IMG/VR virus record: IMGVR_UViG_3300031867_000046
Span: 1,255-65,254 of that record
Reading direction: 5' to 3' (one strand)
DNA: 64,000 bases
Source: a virus
Lineage: Duplodnaviria > Caudoviricetes
The notes below the pieces were generated by a model. That model made no database searches. It worked only from the letters and a program-made list of their open reading frames with translations, and was not told the DNA's origin. The position numbers were made by a program, and so were the translations under genes. Shown here in pieces: positions 28,959 to 38,336 of this stretch (position 1 is the stretch's first letter; each line of letters starts with the position of its first letter).

Positions 28959-30071
28959 TTACCTATTGTAAATATTGATTATCGCCTGTGTGCTATCATC
29001 GAAGATTAAGATGTTATTTTGTGAGCTAACCATCTTATCGTTTATATAGATATGTAAATCACGACAGTGTTTATCCTGAAACAACTTTAATGATTTAAGC
29101 AAACTATGCGACGGAACTTCATACTCTTTCTCTGTGTCCTCAACGTTGCCTACTTGTGTAGACTTCACAGTAGAGCAATGTTTAGCAGCCAATACATTTT
29201 TGATACTGACGTTTAGCTCTTTATTCTTTACAGAGATTCCAATCACATGCTTTGACGCTGAATACTCTTCAGCAAACACAACAAGCTTGTATAGCTCGTT
29301 ACAGTCAACTGTTATATAGTCAGTGATGTTGTCTAAATAAGTAACGTTTGACTGATCAATGCTATTTTCAATAGTTACAAACTTAAATTTAGGCCCTGCA
29401 AACATTATCTTCTTTGCAGTATCACCTGTAACTCTACTAATAATAAGATCAAAGTTATCTTTTAATAGCGACTTCAACATAGCCGCGTCATCTCTATGTA
29501 ATGTCATATCGACAAACTTATCAGATATAACAACACCTGACAACCTTGAAGTTACTGCCATTTGCGACTTACTGAATCTAATAAATTTGTCACGTGCGTA
29601 AGTATACTCTTGAGTATAACCCAAAACTGTGCTAATCGCATTCCTTAACTTAACAGAATTAATGTCACCTATATTTTCAATAGTGCCATTTACTTCAAAT
29701 TTAGTTAGATCACAGTTTGAAGTTCTAAAAGGCATCCATCCGCCGCCAACAACTTTAAACTCGTATTGCCCGAACGCCTTGCGTATGATAAACTTGTCAG
29801 TGTCAGCACTACTTTTTACTAATGCATATAAGTCTGACACTGATGCAGCACAAGGCTCAATTATTGTATTATCACCTTCGCAAAGTCCAACGTAATACTC
29901 GATTAAATTAAATGCATCATCAATCGATCTGCAGACAAGCTTGCCATTCTCAATATGAAGACTAACGATTCTTGAAAACTTTGTCTTATCACGTGAGCTC
30001 ATCGACTTAACAAACGAAATAAAATCTGTAAAGTCTTTACCATTAAATGTTAAGTATAACGTTTTGTCCAT
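28959..30071 (-). CDS. DNA sliding clamp, beta (DnaN)-like
   Basis: 370 aa with three repeated alpha/beta domains (LRNAISTV..., ELYKLVVFA...IGISVKNKELNVS); replication context and a DnaX-like loader in the same genome. Confidence 0.6.
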   Translation of the reverse strand: MDKTLYLTFNGKDFTDFISFVKSMSSRDKTKFSRIVSLHIENGKLVCRSIDDAFNLIEYYVGLCEGDNTIIEPCAASVSDLYALVKSSADTDKFIIRKAFGQYEFKVVGGGWMPFRTSNCDLTKFEVNGTIENIGDINSVKLRNAISTVLGYTQEYTYARDKFIRFSKSQMAVTSRLSGVVISDKFVDMTLHRDDAAMLKSLLKDNFDLIISRVTGDTAKKIMFAGPKFKFVTIENSIDQSNVTYLDNITDYITVDCNELYKLVVFAEEYSASKHVIGISVKNKELNVSIKNVLAAKHCSTVKSTQVGNVEDTEKEYEVPSHSLLKSLKLFQDKHCRDLHIYINDKMVSSQNNILIFDDSTQAIINIYNR

Positions 30072-30074
30072 ATT

Positions 30075-30965
30075 TTAAGCTCCGATTGAGTCAAGATACT
30101 TTACGATCTTTTCTCTGCACTCATACGGAATAGTAAGACTGTTGAAGTAGTCTCTAACGTTCATATCCGCTGATGAGTATGAAGTAGTTATAAATTGAAT
30201 CAGATCTTTCATAGTTAGATTTTTGTCACTGCTTTTGTCGATTTGATTAACAAATACTTCTTCAGCAGGCTTACATGCCACATTTATGTATAGCCCATTA
30301 TGTGTTACACAGTTAAACACTAATATACGAGGCACACGTGTTTTGTTATATACTTCAGACGTGCACCGTGACAACGACCCAGGCATATATAATTCAGTGT
30401 TACCTACGATACGTGTATCACAAGGTGCATGATAATGGCCCAAAATCATAGCATCGTAGTTAAGATTTATCAAATCGCTTTCGTGTAACGAGTCAAATGC
30501 AACGCCAAACTCAAAATACCTATGTGCAACGCACACTTCGTATTTATTTGTTTTCTTTGACTCTATTTCTTCAGGGTAATTATAGCATCTGAATATAGTG
30601 TTGTCGATTTCCAATTCAGAAGGTGCTAATTTTAAGTATCCTGTTGCAATAAGAATCCCAAGAGCTGTGTTAGGCAAACTATCCATGCGATTATTTTTAA
30701 TATCGTGATTGCCTACAATCGTGTAAACAGTGATACCTTTTTCAGTTATCTTCTTAAAAGTATTTATCACAGTAGCAAGGTACTGTATAGAAGTTATTGG
30801 TGAGTCAAACACATCACCTAACATTATAAATGTGTTACATCGTCTTACATTTACTGTGTTAGCTATTGATTCAAGCTTTGCTAAAATAGTATTAGGGTAG
30901 TCGTCAACTCGTGATATAGGCGACGTTCCCTTTAAGTGAGTATCACCTATAAATATAACGTTCAT
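30075..30965 (-). CDS. sbcD: SbcD/Mre11/gp47 nuclease
   Basis: FIGDTHL, MLGDVFD, IVGNHDI, VAH, LGHYH and PGSL motifs; flanked by the SbcC halves. Confidence 0.9.
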   Translation of the reverse strand: MNVIFIGDTHLKGTSPISRVDDYPNTILAKLESIANTVNVRRCNTFIMLGDVFDSPITSIQYLATVINTFKKITEKGITVYTIVGNHDIKNNRMDSLPNTALGILIATGYLKLAPSELEIDNTIFRCYNYPEEIESKKTNKYEVCVAHRYFEFGVAFDSLHESDLINLNYDAMILGHYHAPCDTRIVGNTELYMPGSLSRCTSEVYNKTRVPRILVFNCVTHNGLYINVACKPAEEVFVNQIDKSSDKNLTMKDLIQFITTSYSSADMNVRDYFNSLTIPYECREKIVKYLDSIGA

Positions 30966-31213
30966 TGGGCTGCCTTTATTTTATCATATTGCTCACTAAT
31001 CTTTTTAAGCTCGTTTTCTAATTGATTAGTAAGTGTCTTTATAATCTTGTCAACCGATTTTACAGTCGATAGATCATAGGAAGTGTACTTTGATTGAATG
31101 TTCTCGATTTCGGATTTTAGCTGCTCACGTCGTGCTTCGTACTTTACGCGTTCTGCGATAAGTTCAGTATGCTTATTTTTTAATTCTTGAAATTTTGCAA
31201 CAAGGTCGTCCAT
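30962..31213 (-). CDS. Small coiled-coil protein
   Basis: MDDLVAKFQELKNKHTELIAERVKYEARREQLKSEIENI... continuous heptads; GAGG SD. Confidence 0.65.
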   Translation of the reverse strand: MDDLVAKFQELKNKHTELIAERVKYEARREQLKSEIENIQSKYTSYDLSTVKSVDKIIKTLTNQLENELKKISEQYDKIKAAQ

Positions 31214-31313
31214 AATATGCCTCATAAAGATATAAAAAATCCCAAACACTCATCATGTTTGGGATTGAATGTTTCATATAGTTTATATACACAAACTATA
31301 TTATATTTTGGAA

Positions 31314-31592
31314 CTATCCATTTACAGATTTCTTAAATTTGCTCGAAACTTTGAACTTAACAAATTTCTTTGCAGGCACATTTACAGTTTCACCTGTTTT
31401 AGGATTTCTGCATGTACGAGCAGCACGCTCATTTACGCAGAATCGTCCAATTTCGCCTAACGAGATTTCTTCACCTGACGTAACAAGCTCAACAACCAAA
31501 GCACTAAGTTTATCTACAACGTCTTTTGCTACGTCAATAGAACGAAGATTGAGAGCTTCTTTTACTTTCTTTGCAAAATCATCTTTAAGCAT
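31314..31592 (-). CDS. hup: HU/IHF-family DNA-binding protein
   Basis: GEEISLGEIGRF..ERAARTCRNPKTGETVNVPAKKFVKFKVSSKFK. Confidence 0.95.
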   Translation of the reverse strand: MLKDDFAKKVKEALNLRSIDVAKDVVDKLSALVVELVTSGEEISLGEIGRFCVNERAARTCRNPKTGETVNVPAKKFVKFKVSSKFKKSVNG

Positions 31593-31619
31593 ACTAAGTC
31601 TCCTTATAATGTATAGTAG

Positions 31620-32078
31620 TTAAATCCACTCTTCATAGGCATAGCCGTGATTTGTGGAGTAAAATATTTTATGTATTCCTAAATTTTTTATGTATTGAGA
31701 GCATGCAACACACGGCCGTGCTAATCCAAAATTACCGTCACGTCTTATCCTAACGATATATAACTCAATATCCTTATAATTGATATTTTGATATCTGAGC
31801 GAGTTAAGACAAGCAATTTCAGCGTGGAGGCTATGCATATTTTTTAACTCACTTCTACAGTTAAACTCACGATATGAATCGTACATTTTTTGTAGCGGGT
31901 GAGTTTTTAGTTTGTTTGGCGAAGCTGCTATAATCTTATTCTTTAATACTGCAACACATCCAAGATGGTATACATCAAATTTAGAATCCATAGCGATCTT
32001 TGCAGCATGATCAAAAAACTTAAGTTGCTGTTTAGAAAATTGCATATCGTTTCCCACGTTTACGAACGGTTTAGACAT
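31620..32078 (-). CDS. Cytidine/dCMP deaminase-family protein
   Basis: HAE and PCxxC zinc motifs (LHAEIACL, RPCVACSQYI). Confidence 0.9.
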   Translation of the reverse strand: MSKPFVNVGNDMQFSKQQLKFFDHAAKIAMDSKFDVYHLGCVAVLKNKIIAASPNKLKTHPLQKMYDSYREFNCRSELKNMHSLHAEIACLNSLRYQNINYKDIELYIVRIRRDGNFGLARPCVACSQYIKNLGIHKIFYSTNHGYAYEEWI

Positions 32079-32098
32079 ATTTAGTATACATAGAAAAA

Positions 32099-32130
32099 GG
32101 AAGGCATTTAACTATATTTATGCCTTCCTT
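32099..32130 (-). terminator. Intrinsic terminator-like hairpin
   Basis: aaggaaggcat / atgccttcctt. Confidence 0.7.
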
Positions 32131-32135
32131 AATTT

Positions 32136-33392
32136 TTATGTGTGTATTCTATTTCCGCATAGTGGGCATACGTCAAATTTTGACATTTCTTTATGAATAG
32201 CATTTTGCGAGTTTTCTATTTCCTTTATTGATTTCTCAACATTAGAAAGAGTATCGAATTTTGATTTTACCACAAATGCGTCTTCCATAAACGATATGAT
32301 GTCTTCATTTTGAATCGATAGTGTATTTACGATTTTATCACACTTATTATAAGCTAATAAAAGATTTCTCTGTCTTATTAAATCTTTTACAAGTGATTCT
32401 TTGCTTATATAGTCATTACATACAGAATCGCACTCAACGTTTTTAGCAATCGCACTATCAATTTTAGCAAGCTCTTGCTTTGACTTTGATAGCTTGTCTA
32501 ATTGACTTATGTTTTGGATAATAGATAAAGCGTTTTCTAAATGTATTATAGCTTCATCGTAATATGATAATCGTAAATTGATAGTATTATATGACTCACA
32601 TAAGCTTTTGTACTTTGTTAAGTCAGTTAAGTAGTTTGTAATTTCGCACGCGTGCTCAACTGCGCATATTGACTTTGATAAGTTTGATAACTCGTCAATA
32701 ACTGAATCAAGCTGCTTCAAATCATCGCATAGTAATTTAAAATCATCTATCATAGATGATTTATGCTTACATGCCATATAGCTGCTATATACATTTTCTA
32801 TATCCTGCATTTGATCCGCTTGTTTAGTTAGAGAGTTTAGATTTGATTCTAACTGCTCTTTAAGCTTTTCAGACGCAGCTGTTTCAGAAGCATTGTTACG
32901 AATATCAGCTGTATAGAAGTCATTTATAGACGATATATCGAATGTGCTTCTGTATGTAAGCACATTGTATAGCGTAGACTGATTTCCTAAAATAAGAAAA
33001 GGCGAAGAAAATTGAAGATTAAAGTTAAAGTTAATGTCATCACCATTAACATCACGACTTCCTATCTTTAACGCATTTGTTACAGCAGGAAGCGGTTGTC
33101 TACCTAACTTCACATACTGTTCTCCATTTACGTTATAGAAGCATTTTTCGCCTTTTGTCTTTATGCTTCTACTATACTGAACGACGTTATCGCCATTTTC
33201 TATCTCAATAGACATAGTGTTTTGTCCAAAAGAGATATCACTATCTGCAAACTCATTTGCAGCCATATTATAGATACACCGCATAAGAGTGGATTTGCCT
33301 GAACCCGATGATCCTATAATAAGATTAACGCCTGGCACGAACTCCACTTCACACTTATCTATAATTCCAACATTAGATAGCTTTACTTTCAT
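32136..33392 (-). CDS. SbcC/Rad50/gp46 N-terminal half
   Basis: Walker A GSSGSGKST, Q-loop FNLQFSSPF, long coiled coil ending at the zinc hook CPLCG. Confidence 0.88.
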   Translation of the reverse strand: MKVKLSNVGIIDKCEVEFVPGVNLIIGSSGSGKSTLMRCIYNMAANEFADSDISFGQNTMSIEIENGDNVVQYSRSIKTKGEKCFYNVNGEQYVKLGRQPLPAVTNALKIGSRDVNGDDINFNFNLQFSSPFLILGNQSTLYNVLTYRSTFDISSINDFYTADIRNNASETAASEKLKEQLESNLNSLTKQADQMQDIENVYSSYMACKHKSSMIDDFKLLCDDLKQLDSVIDELSNLSKSICAVEHACEITNYLTDLTKYKSLCESYNTINLRLSYYDEAIIHLENALSIIQNISQLDKLSKSKQELAKIDSAIAKNVECDSVCNDYISKESLVKDLIRQRNLLLAYNKCDKIVNTLSIQNEDIISFMEDAFVVKSKFDTLSNVEKSIKEIENSQNAIHKEMSKFDVCPLCGNRIHT

Positions 33393-33700
33393 ACCTTGCC
33401 CAACATTGATTTAAGCTCTTCGGCCAATCTTGTTTTATTATCATCAGCAAATAGAAGTCTATCGTATAGATTAGAAAGCAACGGCTCGACGTTACCTCGC
33501 TTGTATTGACTAATCATGGTATTATAATGATCAACCATGCCCTCGCTTAATGTGTGCATCGTATCTTTTATGTGCTTGACGTATAGATTCATAGTTTTCT
33601 TTTCTTTATATTCGTTTACAAATGACTCATACATAGCACATCTATCAATCGCAGATTTTAATGATTTCTTTTTCTTGTCAAGATTCTCAACATCACACAT
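33389..33700 (-). CDS. Hypothetical protein
   Basis: 103-aa ORF overlapping the SbcC-N start. Confidence 0.55.
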   Translation of the reverse strand: MCDVENLDKKKKSLKSAIDRCAMYESFVNEYKEKKTMNLYVKHIKDTMHTLSEGMVDHYNTMISQYKRGNVEPLLSNLYDRLLFADDNKTRLAEELKSMLGKV

Positions 33701-33703
33701 AGC

Positions 33704-34048
33704 TTATTTCCTTACCTTTGTTTTAAATGGACTATCAAACGTACTAATATATAGAATATAATTATACGCCTTTTGAATTTTAGATGCAAGTGATTTGTAC
33801 TTTTTAAGTGTATCAATTTCCAAACCGCTTGGGTTTATAACAGAGTCACTGTTTATCATCATTATATAATCATTATACATAGTTTCATAAAATGATGTTA
33901 CCACTCTGTAAGCGTTTTCAAGTTTAGTTAGTAAATTGCGAAGCTCTTTTGTATTAGTTACATTTTTTAATGATATAGACTCTAAAAACTCATCATTATC
34001 GTACAAGCTTATCTGTTCAGCTACATTTAGTTGTTTTTGTTTAGCCAT
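33704..34048 (-). CDS. Hypothetical protein
   Basis: 114-aa ORF with GGAG SD. Confidence 0.55.
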   Translation of the reverse strand: MAKQKQLNVAEQISLYDNDEFLESISLKNVTNTKELRNLLTKLENAYRVVTSFYETMYNDYIMMINSDSVINPSGLEIDTLKKYKSLASKIQKAYNYILYISTFDSPFKTKVRK

Positions 34049-34067
34049 ACGTATACTCCAAATAATA

Positions 34068-34102
34068 AAATAACCTATATAGACATTCTATATAGGTTAT
34101 TT
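34068..34102 (-). terminator. Intrinsic terminator-like hairpin
   Basis: aaataacctatataga / tctatataggttattt 16-bp inverted repeat. Confidence 0.75.
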
Positions 34103-34128
34103 ATACATAATATTTTCATATTGTTTAA

Positions 34129-34821
34129 TCAGTGCCATACTATAGAAATCTTATTTTCCATATTTATGTACACTTTACCGTAATCAAGCGGGCTATACTT
34201 CTCAGTATTTTCTTTTATAATAAGCCCAACAGGCACTGACTCTTCAGTTTCACGTCTAACGTTTATCATTTTAAAGTCTTTTGATTTTAAGAAGTCAGAG
34301 CTTTGAAGTTTTGCAGTTAAATCATATTTTGACGAAGTAAACGTAGCGTCTTGCAAATTATGGCGCTCAAGTTGGCACTGCTTCACTGTGTAATCGTTAA
34401 ACAGCGTTAGGTAAAATCTATATTCATTTATAGAAAGATCTTCATTAAACGCAGGTAATCCACTAACATCTACTAAACAAGTAGCACTACTTATTTTGTT
34501 ACCATACTTTTTAGTGTCTATCTGCGTTACACAGTGTAGCCTCTTATTTTTCTTGCACGGCACAAACTTGCTTCCAACGTTTAGCACATGCTTAGGAAAC
34601 CAATCTGCAACTGTGCTTAGATCCTCTGTAGTGTAAAAGAATTTTCCATCTTTACATTTTATGTGACTGATAGGAACAGCTGTTATACAGAAACCCTCGC
34701 ACCTTCCAAAGTTATCACTTGAGTAAAAGCACTCAACACCTTCGTCAAGTGGCTGACGACTATATACTCTATATTTGCTATCCTTTAAGGTGTCTAAATT
34801 TTCTTTAGTTATTGTTAGCAT
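34129..34821 (-). CDS. Hypothetical protein
   Basis: 230-aa ORF; no motif recognised. Confidence 0.55.
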   Translation of the reverse strand: MLTITKENLDTLKDSKYRVYSRQPLDEGVECFYSSDNFGRCEGFCITAVPISHIKCKDGKFFYTTEDLSTVADWFPKHVLNVGSKFVPCKKNKRLHCVTQIDTKKYGNKISSATCLVDVSGLPAFNEDLSINEYRFYLTLFNDYTVKQCQLERHNLQDATFTSSKYDLTAKLQSSDFLKSKDFKMINVRRETEESVPVGLIIKENTEKYSPLDYGKVYINMENKISIVWH

Positions 34822-35001
34822 ATTATCACCTTTACAAAAATACCCACTATATAACTATATAGATACATAGTGGGTTAGGAGCTTTAGTATGAACCGCACT
34901 ATCAAAAGATAGTGAACTTAATCTCTGTCTTAAATCAGATAGAGAACAAATCATAGCACTCATGTTTCACAACGTTAGCACTATAATCAATCAGTCAATA
35001 A

Positions 35002-35274
35002 TTAGATATTAACTTCGTTGCTAAATATGATTAAGTTTTCAAAGTCAGATGAGAATTGAGTATCTTGTGACATATAGAAATCCCACGATACAGGATACTT
35101 TTCTATTTCCTGCATTATATGATCAACTTCACATATTCTAGGATCAGCTATATAGTCCTCATACGTGTTTTCCAGTGCTATTTTTAATGCATGCTTGTAT
35201 CGCGAGTATAACTTACATAGCGTTTTATAATGATACATATTTAGTATATCATAAGAACTTGAGCTTTGATACAT
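35002..35274 (-). CDS. Hypothetical protein
   Basis: 90-aa ORF coupled to the upstream gene. Confidence 0.45.
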   Translation of the reverse strand: MYQSSSSYDILNMYHYKTLCKLYSRYKHALKIALENTYEDYIADPRICEVDHIMQEIEKYPVSWDFYMSQDTQFSSDFENLIIFSNEVNI

Positions 35275-35869
35275 TTGTTTGCTTCACTTCATTATAGGTG
35301 TTTAATTTAGATACAGTTGCAGTTGCCTGTTTTGAGTGCGTAAACTCAAACTCGCAATCGTGATCCGCAAAGTAAGTTATAATGTTGTGATTATCATCTT
35401 TTATGCTATACAGATACCATTTGCCGCTACCAAACTTTGAAGCACCTGTTTTGACGAGTCGATATTCAGATATATTGAAAGTTACTTTGTCACCTTCTTC
35501 ACCTAAAAATTCAGACTGTTTATCAATATCGTTTCTTGCTTTAAAGTTTTTATGTCTATCAAACGAAGCAAATGAGCTTGCAATAAGACCTATTTTCATC
35601 TCATCAATCATAGGCTTGCAAATTTCAGATCTCAAATTGATAAAGTATTCGGTGTTTTGAGATTCATCATTTACATACTCCAACCACTTTTCTACTCTAT
35701 CTTTTGTATCGTCTAATAAATCGTGATCTATAGAGTCTGATTCAATAGCGTCTAATATTTTATCAGCTGTACAAGTTACACTTTTATCATCTGATCGTTT
35801 TACATAACCATCTTGCTCTGTAATATAGGCTGAATACCTTATAACGTCTTTCGTAAAAACTTTTGACAT
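35249..35869 (-). CDS. Hypothetical protein with OB-fold-like C-terminus (paralog of 62369-63673)
   Basis: SEFLGEEGDKVTF...IKDDNHNIITYF...YNEVKQTNVSKLK aligns with SNYVGKVGDKIS...FVDDDGNIFKW...YNNQKQTVLTRCK. Confidence 0.6.
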   Translation of the reverse strand: MSKVFTKDVIRYSAYITEQDGYVKRSDDKSVTCTADKILDAIESDSIDHDLLDDTKDRVEKWLEYVNDESQNTEYFINLRSEICKPMIDEMKIGLIASSFASFDRHKNFKARNDIDKQSEFLGEEGDKVTFNISEYRLVKTGASKFGSGKWYLYSIKDDNHNIITYFADHDCEFEFTHSKQATATVSKLNTYNEVKQTNVSKLKFL

Positions 35870-35943
35870 AACACCTCATAATTATTTGCTAATGTAGATT
35901 TATTATAATAATATACACAGCACTAACAAAATTATTATACAGA

Positions 35944-35971
35944 TTTAGCGGTACTTTAAGGTACCGCTAAA
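35944..35971 (-). terminator. Intrinsic terminator-like hairpin
   Basis: tttagcggtac / gtaccgctaaa. Confidence 0.75.
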
Positions 35972-35974
35972 CGT

Positions 35975-36202
35975 TTATAGCTCATCAGTTATATCTGATG
36001 TATCAGGACTTGATTCTTTTATAAACTCAACACCCAATTTCAGCACAGTCTGAAATTCCGTGTAAGTCATATTATCACTTTCTGTGAACGATATTTTAAG
36101 ACTTTTGCTCAGAAGAATCTGATTCTTTAGAAGTGCCTGCCAAATTGCCAACCTTGCTTGTAACGCCTGTAACGATATTTCTGTCGGGGCGAAAAAAATC
36201 AC
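35975..36202 (-). CDS. Small baseplate/tail assembly chaperone extension, probably expressed by frameshift from 36096-36899
   Basis: SFTESDNMTYTEFQTVL resembles the small ORF found after gp26-like genes; no ATG/SD start before the internal Met; overlaps at a T7 tract. Confidence 0.5.
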   Translation of the reverse strand: MIFFAPTEISLQALQARLAIWQALLKNQILLSKSLKISFTESDNMTYTEFQTVLKLGVEFIKESSPDTSDITDEL

Positions 36203-36899
36203 TTCCGATGCTTATATATGTAAAGTATCGTCTATCACACTCAGGACACACAACTTCACGCGTCATTTTAACGCCAAACATTCCATTTAGCTCAGCAATA
36301 GCAGAGTCAATGTAGATAGCGTCACGCGGATTTAACCCCTCATACCATTCAGCCTTTTCTACAATATCTTTGCCACCAACGTCGAGTAGTGCAACAGTAT
36401 TGTACATTTGAAGATACTCGTCTTCTTTTTTACCAAACATATTAGCACGTCGTTTAGCTTCTTGTTCAGCCTTTCTTGTGTCAGCTCCTGTTTGGAATCT
36501 AATTTTAATTTCCTGACCACAAGGTAACGTTACAGGAATAGGGTATTTGTCAGTGTATAGATAGTTAACCTCTATGTCATTTAAGTCATACTCAATAGTT
36601 TCTGATTTTTCGCAATCAGGGCACACAGTTTTTGACTTAAGTGTATTACCCAATGTCATAATACGTGTCTTAAACAACACGGCTAACAAATCTTCCTGAT
36701 TCATATCCTTTGCTTTAACAGGGCAATTAACAAGGCATCCTTCAATAAGTTGACGTAATCCTGACTCTGACGCATTAGACGCAAGTAAATCTTTATATAG
36801 ACGTGTTGTAAACGGCTTAACATGCACAACGCCGTCGAAGTCAGGAATACGATAGATAATTCCTCTTGACGGTAACGTAAGATCTTCAGTAAAACTCAT
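36096..36899 (-). CDS. Baseplate hub assembly chaperone, T4 gp26-like
   Basis: LTLPSRGIIY, VKPFTT, DLLAVLFKTRIMTLG, two CPxC motifs, ending ...SDFF. Confidence 0.75.
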   Translation of the reverse strand: MSFTEDLTLPSRGIIYRIPDFDGVVHVKPFTTRLYKDLLASNASESGLRQLIEGCLVNCPVKAKDMNQEDLLAVLFKTRIMTLGNTLKSKTVCPDCEKSETIEYDLNDIEVNYLYTDKYPIPVTLPCGQEIKIRFQTGADTRKAEQEAKRRANMFGKKEDEYLQMYNTVALLDVGGKDIVEKAEWYEGLNPRDAIYIDSAIAELNGMFGVKMTREVVCPECDRRYFTYISIGSDFFRPDRNIVTGVTSKVGNLAGTSKESDSSEQKS

Positions 36900-36950
36900 A
36901 TCAGCTCCTAATTTGTAAATAGTTGATTTAACTATATAGCATAATATAGA

Positions 36951-36956
36951 TATACA
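36951..36956 (-). promoter_or_regulatory. TGTATA motif (representative of a recurrent intergenic element, candidate phage promoter core)
   Basis: The same hexamer sits in intergenic gaps, often just downstream of terminators, at 14407, 21504, 23998, 25539, 27551, 31286, 32085, 35912, 40445, 41616, 44998, 54000, 56148, 57340. Confidence 0.5.
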
Positions 36957-36973
36957 CAGGCATAAGGCAAAAT

Positions 36974-37006
36974 AAAATCCCCATTAGTTATAACTAATGG
37001 GATTTT
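36974..37006 (-). terminator. Intrinsic terminator-like hairpin
   Basis: aaaatccccattagtt / aactaatgggatttt (one bulge). Confidence 0.7.
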
Positions 37007-37022
37007 ATAATTTTGTTATACA

Positions 37023-37562
37023 TTAAGCAAACTCAGGATTTAGATCGCCAAGTATTAAATCTGATAGGTAATCCCTTATTTCAGCCTCAGACGTATCATA
37101 GAAAGACACAGGCGATATGTCTATATCACTTGGCATGATAACTATTTCTTCACGCTTATCATCATAGAATAGCTTTGCCACTTCGTCACCTTTATAGAAC
37201 AAGTCAACATACTTATCTGTATAGTGGTCGAAATATAGTGTGTGGCCAAATATTTTTATTAGAAAACTCTGCAAGTTTCTAATAAGATCTTTACCTACGT
37301 CACTTAAAAATCCTTCAATGATTATTTTACCATGCTGATCTTTACACTCATGCTTATTAGCCCAATATGCTCTTAACGCAGCTTCAGCATCTGCTTTAGT
37401 ATCATATTCTGCATCCCAATAGTCTTTTCTATTCTTTTTCAGAATACGCCATTTATTTCCTACTTTACGAATAACACCCTTGTCTTTAGACTCGTATAGT
37501 TTACGCGCTAAAGATTCTAAACGTGCGACTCTATATTCTAGTTTATCCATAAATTTGCTCAC
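37023..37562 (-). CDS. Leader-motif protein (putative head/internal protein)
   Basis: N-terminus KLEYRVARLESLARKLYE; followed by an IRKVGNKWRI...YDTKADAEAALR domain. Confidence 0.6.
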   Translation of the reverse strand: MSKFMDKLEYRVARLESLARKLYESKDKGVIRKVGNKWRILKKNRKDYWDAEYDTKADAEAALRAYWANKHECKDQHGKIIIEGFLSDVGKDLIRNLQSFLIKIFGHTLYFDHYTDKYVDLFYKGDEVAKLFYDDKREEIVIMPSDIDISPVSFYDTSEAEIRDYLSDLILGDLNPEFA

Positions 37563-38320
37563 TAAATAATTATGCCAATATTTCTATATTCAGCTACTTT
37601 TAATTTAAAAACTTCCCATTTCTTATCGCCTACTTCAGGCGGCCATGCGAAAGGCTGAGGGCATAACTTACCAGTGCAGTCTCCATGCCGTACTATATGT
37701 GATAGCTCAATACTATATTTATTAGCTAAGTATGCAACAAGCTTTGCAGTATTATCAACAGCTGCGTCTTCAAAGTACCAGTCAGTGTCAGTAGCTTTAT
37801 TTTTACCTTTACTAGATTTTTTCTTTACGCATATATCGACGCCTATTGAGCATTTATTTCCTAAAAAGTCGTTGCCTTCGCTTTGCCATTTCAGATGATT
37901 CTTTGCAGCTAAATCATATCGCCAATCGTCGCATTTGAAATTGACTAATTCTTCTAACGACTTTTTCTCATAAGCGTTTGGTTGTTTGCATTTACCGTCG
38001 CCAACGTGCCAAGCTACATACTCTAAAGGTACCGCACTGCATATATCGTGCTCGTCTACATAAAAATGTGATGACGCACTTTCATTTTTACGCATAGCTC
38101 TGCACATACTTCTTGCGCCTACATTTATACAGGCTGTGTAATGTACAACTATCCATGTAGGACTTGTTTTAAACTTACTACCATGCGCGTATGTGTACTC
38201 AGGCTCTCTAATCGATATTTTTATAGGTTCAGGTTTAGACTCTTCTGTACACACAGTTGCCTGTTTAGCATGTACAATATTTCTAAAGATATTCCCTAGC
38301 TTGTTACATAGTCCAATCAT
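37562..38320 (-). CDS. N-acetylmuramoyl-L-alanine amidase (Amidase_2) endolysin
   Basis: WIVVHYTA, ASSHFYVD, VAWHVG, SIGVDIC, IVRH...KLCP; hydrophobic N-terminus. Confidence 0.9.
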   Translation of the reverse strand: MIGLCNKLGNIFRNIVHAKQATVCTEESKPEPIKISIREPEYTYAHGSKFKTSPTWIVVHYTACINVGARSMCRAMRKNESASSHFYVDEHDICSAVPLEYVAWHVGDGKCKQPNAYEKKSLEELVNFKCDDWRYDLAAKNHLKWQSEGNDFLGNKCSIGVDICVKKKSSKGKNKATDTDWYFEDAAVDNTAKLVAYLANKYSIELSHIVRHGDCTGKLCPQPFAWPPEVGDKKWEVFKLKVAEYRNIGIII

Positions 38321-38336
38321 AGACTCACCTCATTGT

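Noticed and set aside
34870-34915. GGTTCATAC T-loop-like sequence suggesting a tRNA
   Set aside because: No cloverleaf or acceptor stem can be built.
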